Assembly (NCBI GenBank): GCA_951406725.2
Contig: OX597828.1
Location: forward strand, 60,078,001-60,142,000
Source: Octopus vulgaris
Taxonomy: Eukaryota
Length of the DNA: 64,000 nucleotides
Reading direction: 5' to 3'
The translations under genes and the position numbers were made by a program. Of the stretch, positions 62,676 to 64,000 are shown piece after piece. Position 1 is the first letter of the stretch, and every line of letters begins with the position of its first letter. The notes beneath the pieces were generated by a model. It was given only the letters and a program-made list of their open reading frames with translations. It ran no database searches and had not been told where the DNA came from.

Positions 62676-63149
62676 TCGTGGTTTAAAGATAGATGAAATT
62701 CTGTGTGAAAGGACAGCTAGATTGTATGTATATAATAGAAGGAATGAACATGTGGTATCACTTTAGAGTATGTAATTTATGATTCAAACATAATTGCGGA
62801 GTAAATAAGGGATTGAAAAGTTGTCCATAAAGTCTCTTATAGCTGTATCTCATTGAGTAAAGATTTTTATATAAAAGCCAAGTATTCCATCTTTAGAGAG
62901 AAAAATTAAGGATGTTAGTAGTTACCAGTTCCATCATCAAAAAGAAGGTAAGGTAGACTATGAGTGGAAAGCCTGCAAAGAATACAGGACACAATAAAAG
63001 AAAGAAGGTCACAAATGCATAAGAGTAGATAGAGACTAACAGGTGTAGTGAAAGCATATATAACTGAAGATGAAAAATGGGTAATGGGTGTATATGCCAT
63101 ATTTTGCACCAGCTTTTCAGAATGTGTTCAATATGTAAAATGCACCAAT

Positions 63150-63350
63150 CCTCGCCTGGCACCTGTGCAGGTGGCACGTAAAAAGCACCCACTACACTCA
63201 CAGAGTGGTTGGCATTAGGAAGGGCATCCAGCTGTAGAAACATTGCCAGATAAGACTGGAGCCTGGTGCAGCCTTCTGGCTTCCCAGATCCCCGGTCAAA
63301 CCCATGCTAGCATGGAGAACGGACGTCAAACGATGATGATGATGATGATG
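63150..63350 (+). mobile_element. RTE 3' terminus with (GAT)n tail
   Basis: GGTGGCACGTAAAAAGCACCCACTACAC..AGGAAGGGCATCC..GATGATGAT. Confidence 0.9.
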
Positions 63351-63587
63351 TAAAAGTTGTATATCTAATAACACTACACTGCTGTATTAAGTGGTTATTT
63401 AAGCAATGTGTTCATGGATGAGAAAGAGGTTAGACGGGTACTGATGAAAGAGCAAAACTCCTGTAATATGGCATATGGACTCATTACTCATTTTTCATCT
63501 TCGATCTCATTGTTTGTTTACATCTGACATCTCGGATACAAAACATCATAACAAAAGTCAGTGCTGGTTATAATTTCTATAGATTGT

Positions 63588-64000
63588 CATCATCATCACT
63601 GTTTAATGTCCGTCTTCCATGCATGCATAGTTAGAACAGTTGACAGTAGCCAGCCATGTAGAAGACTACTCCAGGTTACTGTGTCTGTTTTGGCAGGGTT
63701 TTCATGGCTGGATGCCCTTCCTAACACCAACCACTCTGCAGAGTGGACTCAATGCTTTTTACTTGGCAATATCACGGGCAAGGTTAGTTTTGACATGATT
63801 TTTACAGCTGGATGCCCTTTCGAATGCCAACTGCTTTACAGTGTAGATTGGATGCTTTTTACGTGGCACCAGAATTCTGAGAGGGGCCGGGCCATTTGAG
63901 GAGAACTTGTGTCAGATGATAAAAGGTTAGTGTGACAGAGAGGCAAAAACAGGTGTGCTGATGTAAAGGAGATACTTGGTTATGTAGTCAAAGGGGAAAA
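63588..64000 (-). mobile_element. RTE-type 3' UTR (family of the 32350 copy), runs off the window
   Basis: (CAT)n then GGATGCCCTTCCTAACACCAACCACTCTGCAGAGTGGACTCA, as at 32470-32515. Confidence 0.8.

Overview
AT-rich eukaryotic (metazoan) DNA. The repeat set (RTE LINEs with (GAT)n tails, tRNA-derived SINEs, Penelope-like elements, many TA/CA microsatellites) looks like an Octopus-type cephalopod genome; this assignment is an inference. The only host coding sequence I can recognise is two short + strand exons (53850-53964, 54058-54182) of the LRR scaffold gene SHOC2/Sur-8. The rest is probably intron filled with nested, decayed transposable elements: RTE and CR1-group LINEs, Penelope-like elements (PLE), mariner/Tc1, piggyBac-type MITEs, non-autonomous Helitrons, a Helentron/HINE-like element, a Sola-like long-TIR transposon, a Gypsy-like solo LTR and a foldback element. 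The most interesting signals are: (i) about ten minimal hammerhead-ribozyme motifs showing C3-G8, U3-A8 and G3-C8 core variants, with every sense-strand copy disabled; (ii) a tRNA-headed SINE-like element carrying a hammerhead; (iii) a canonical PHD finger inserted inside the RT domain of the RTE family; (iv) a modular, expandable RTE 3' UTR; (v) templated self-insertions; (vi) multi-level TE nests forming long inverted repeats. Coordinates of degraded elements are approximate and were read by eye. No database search was possible.
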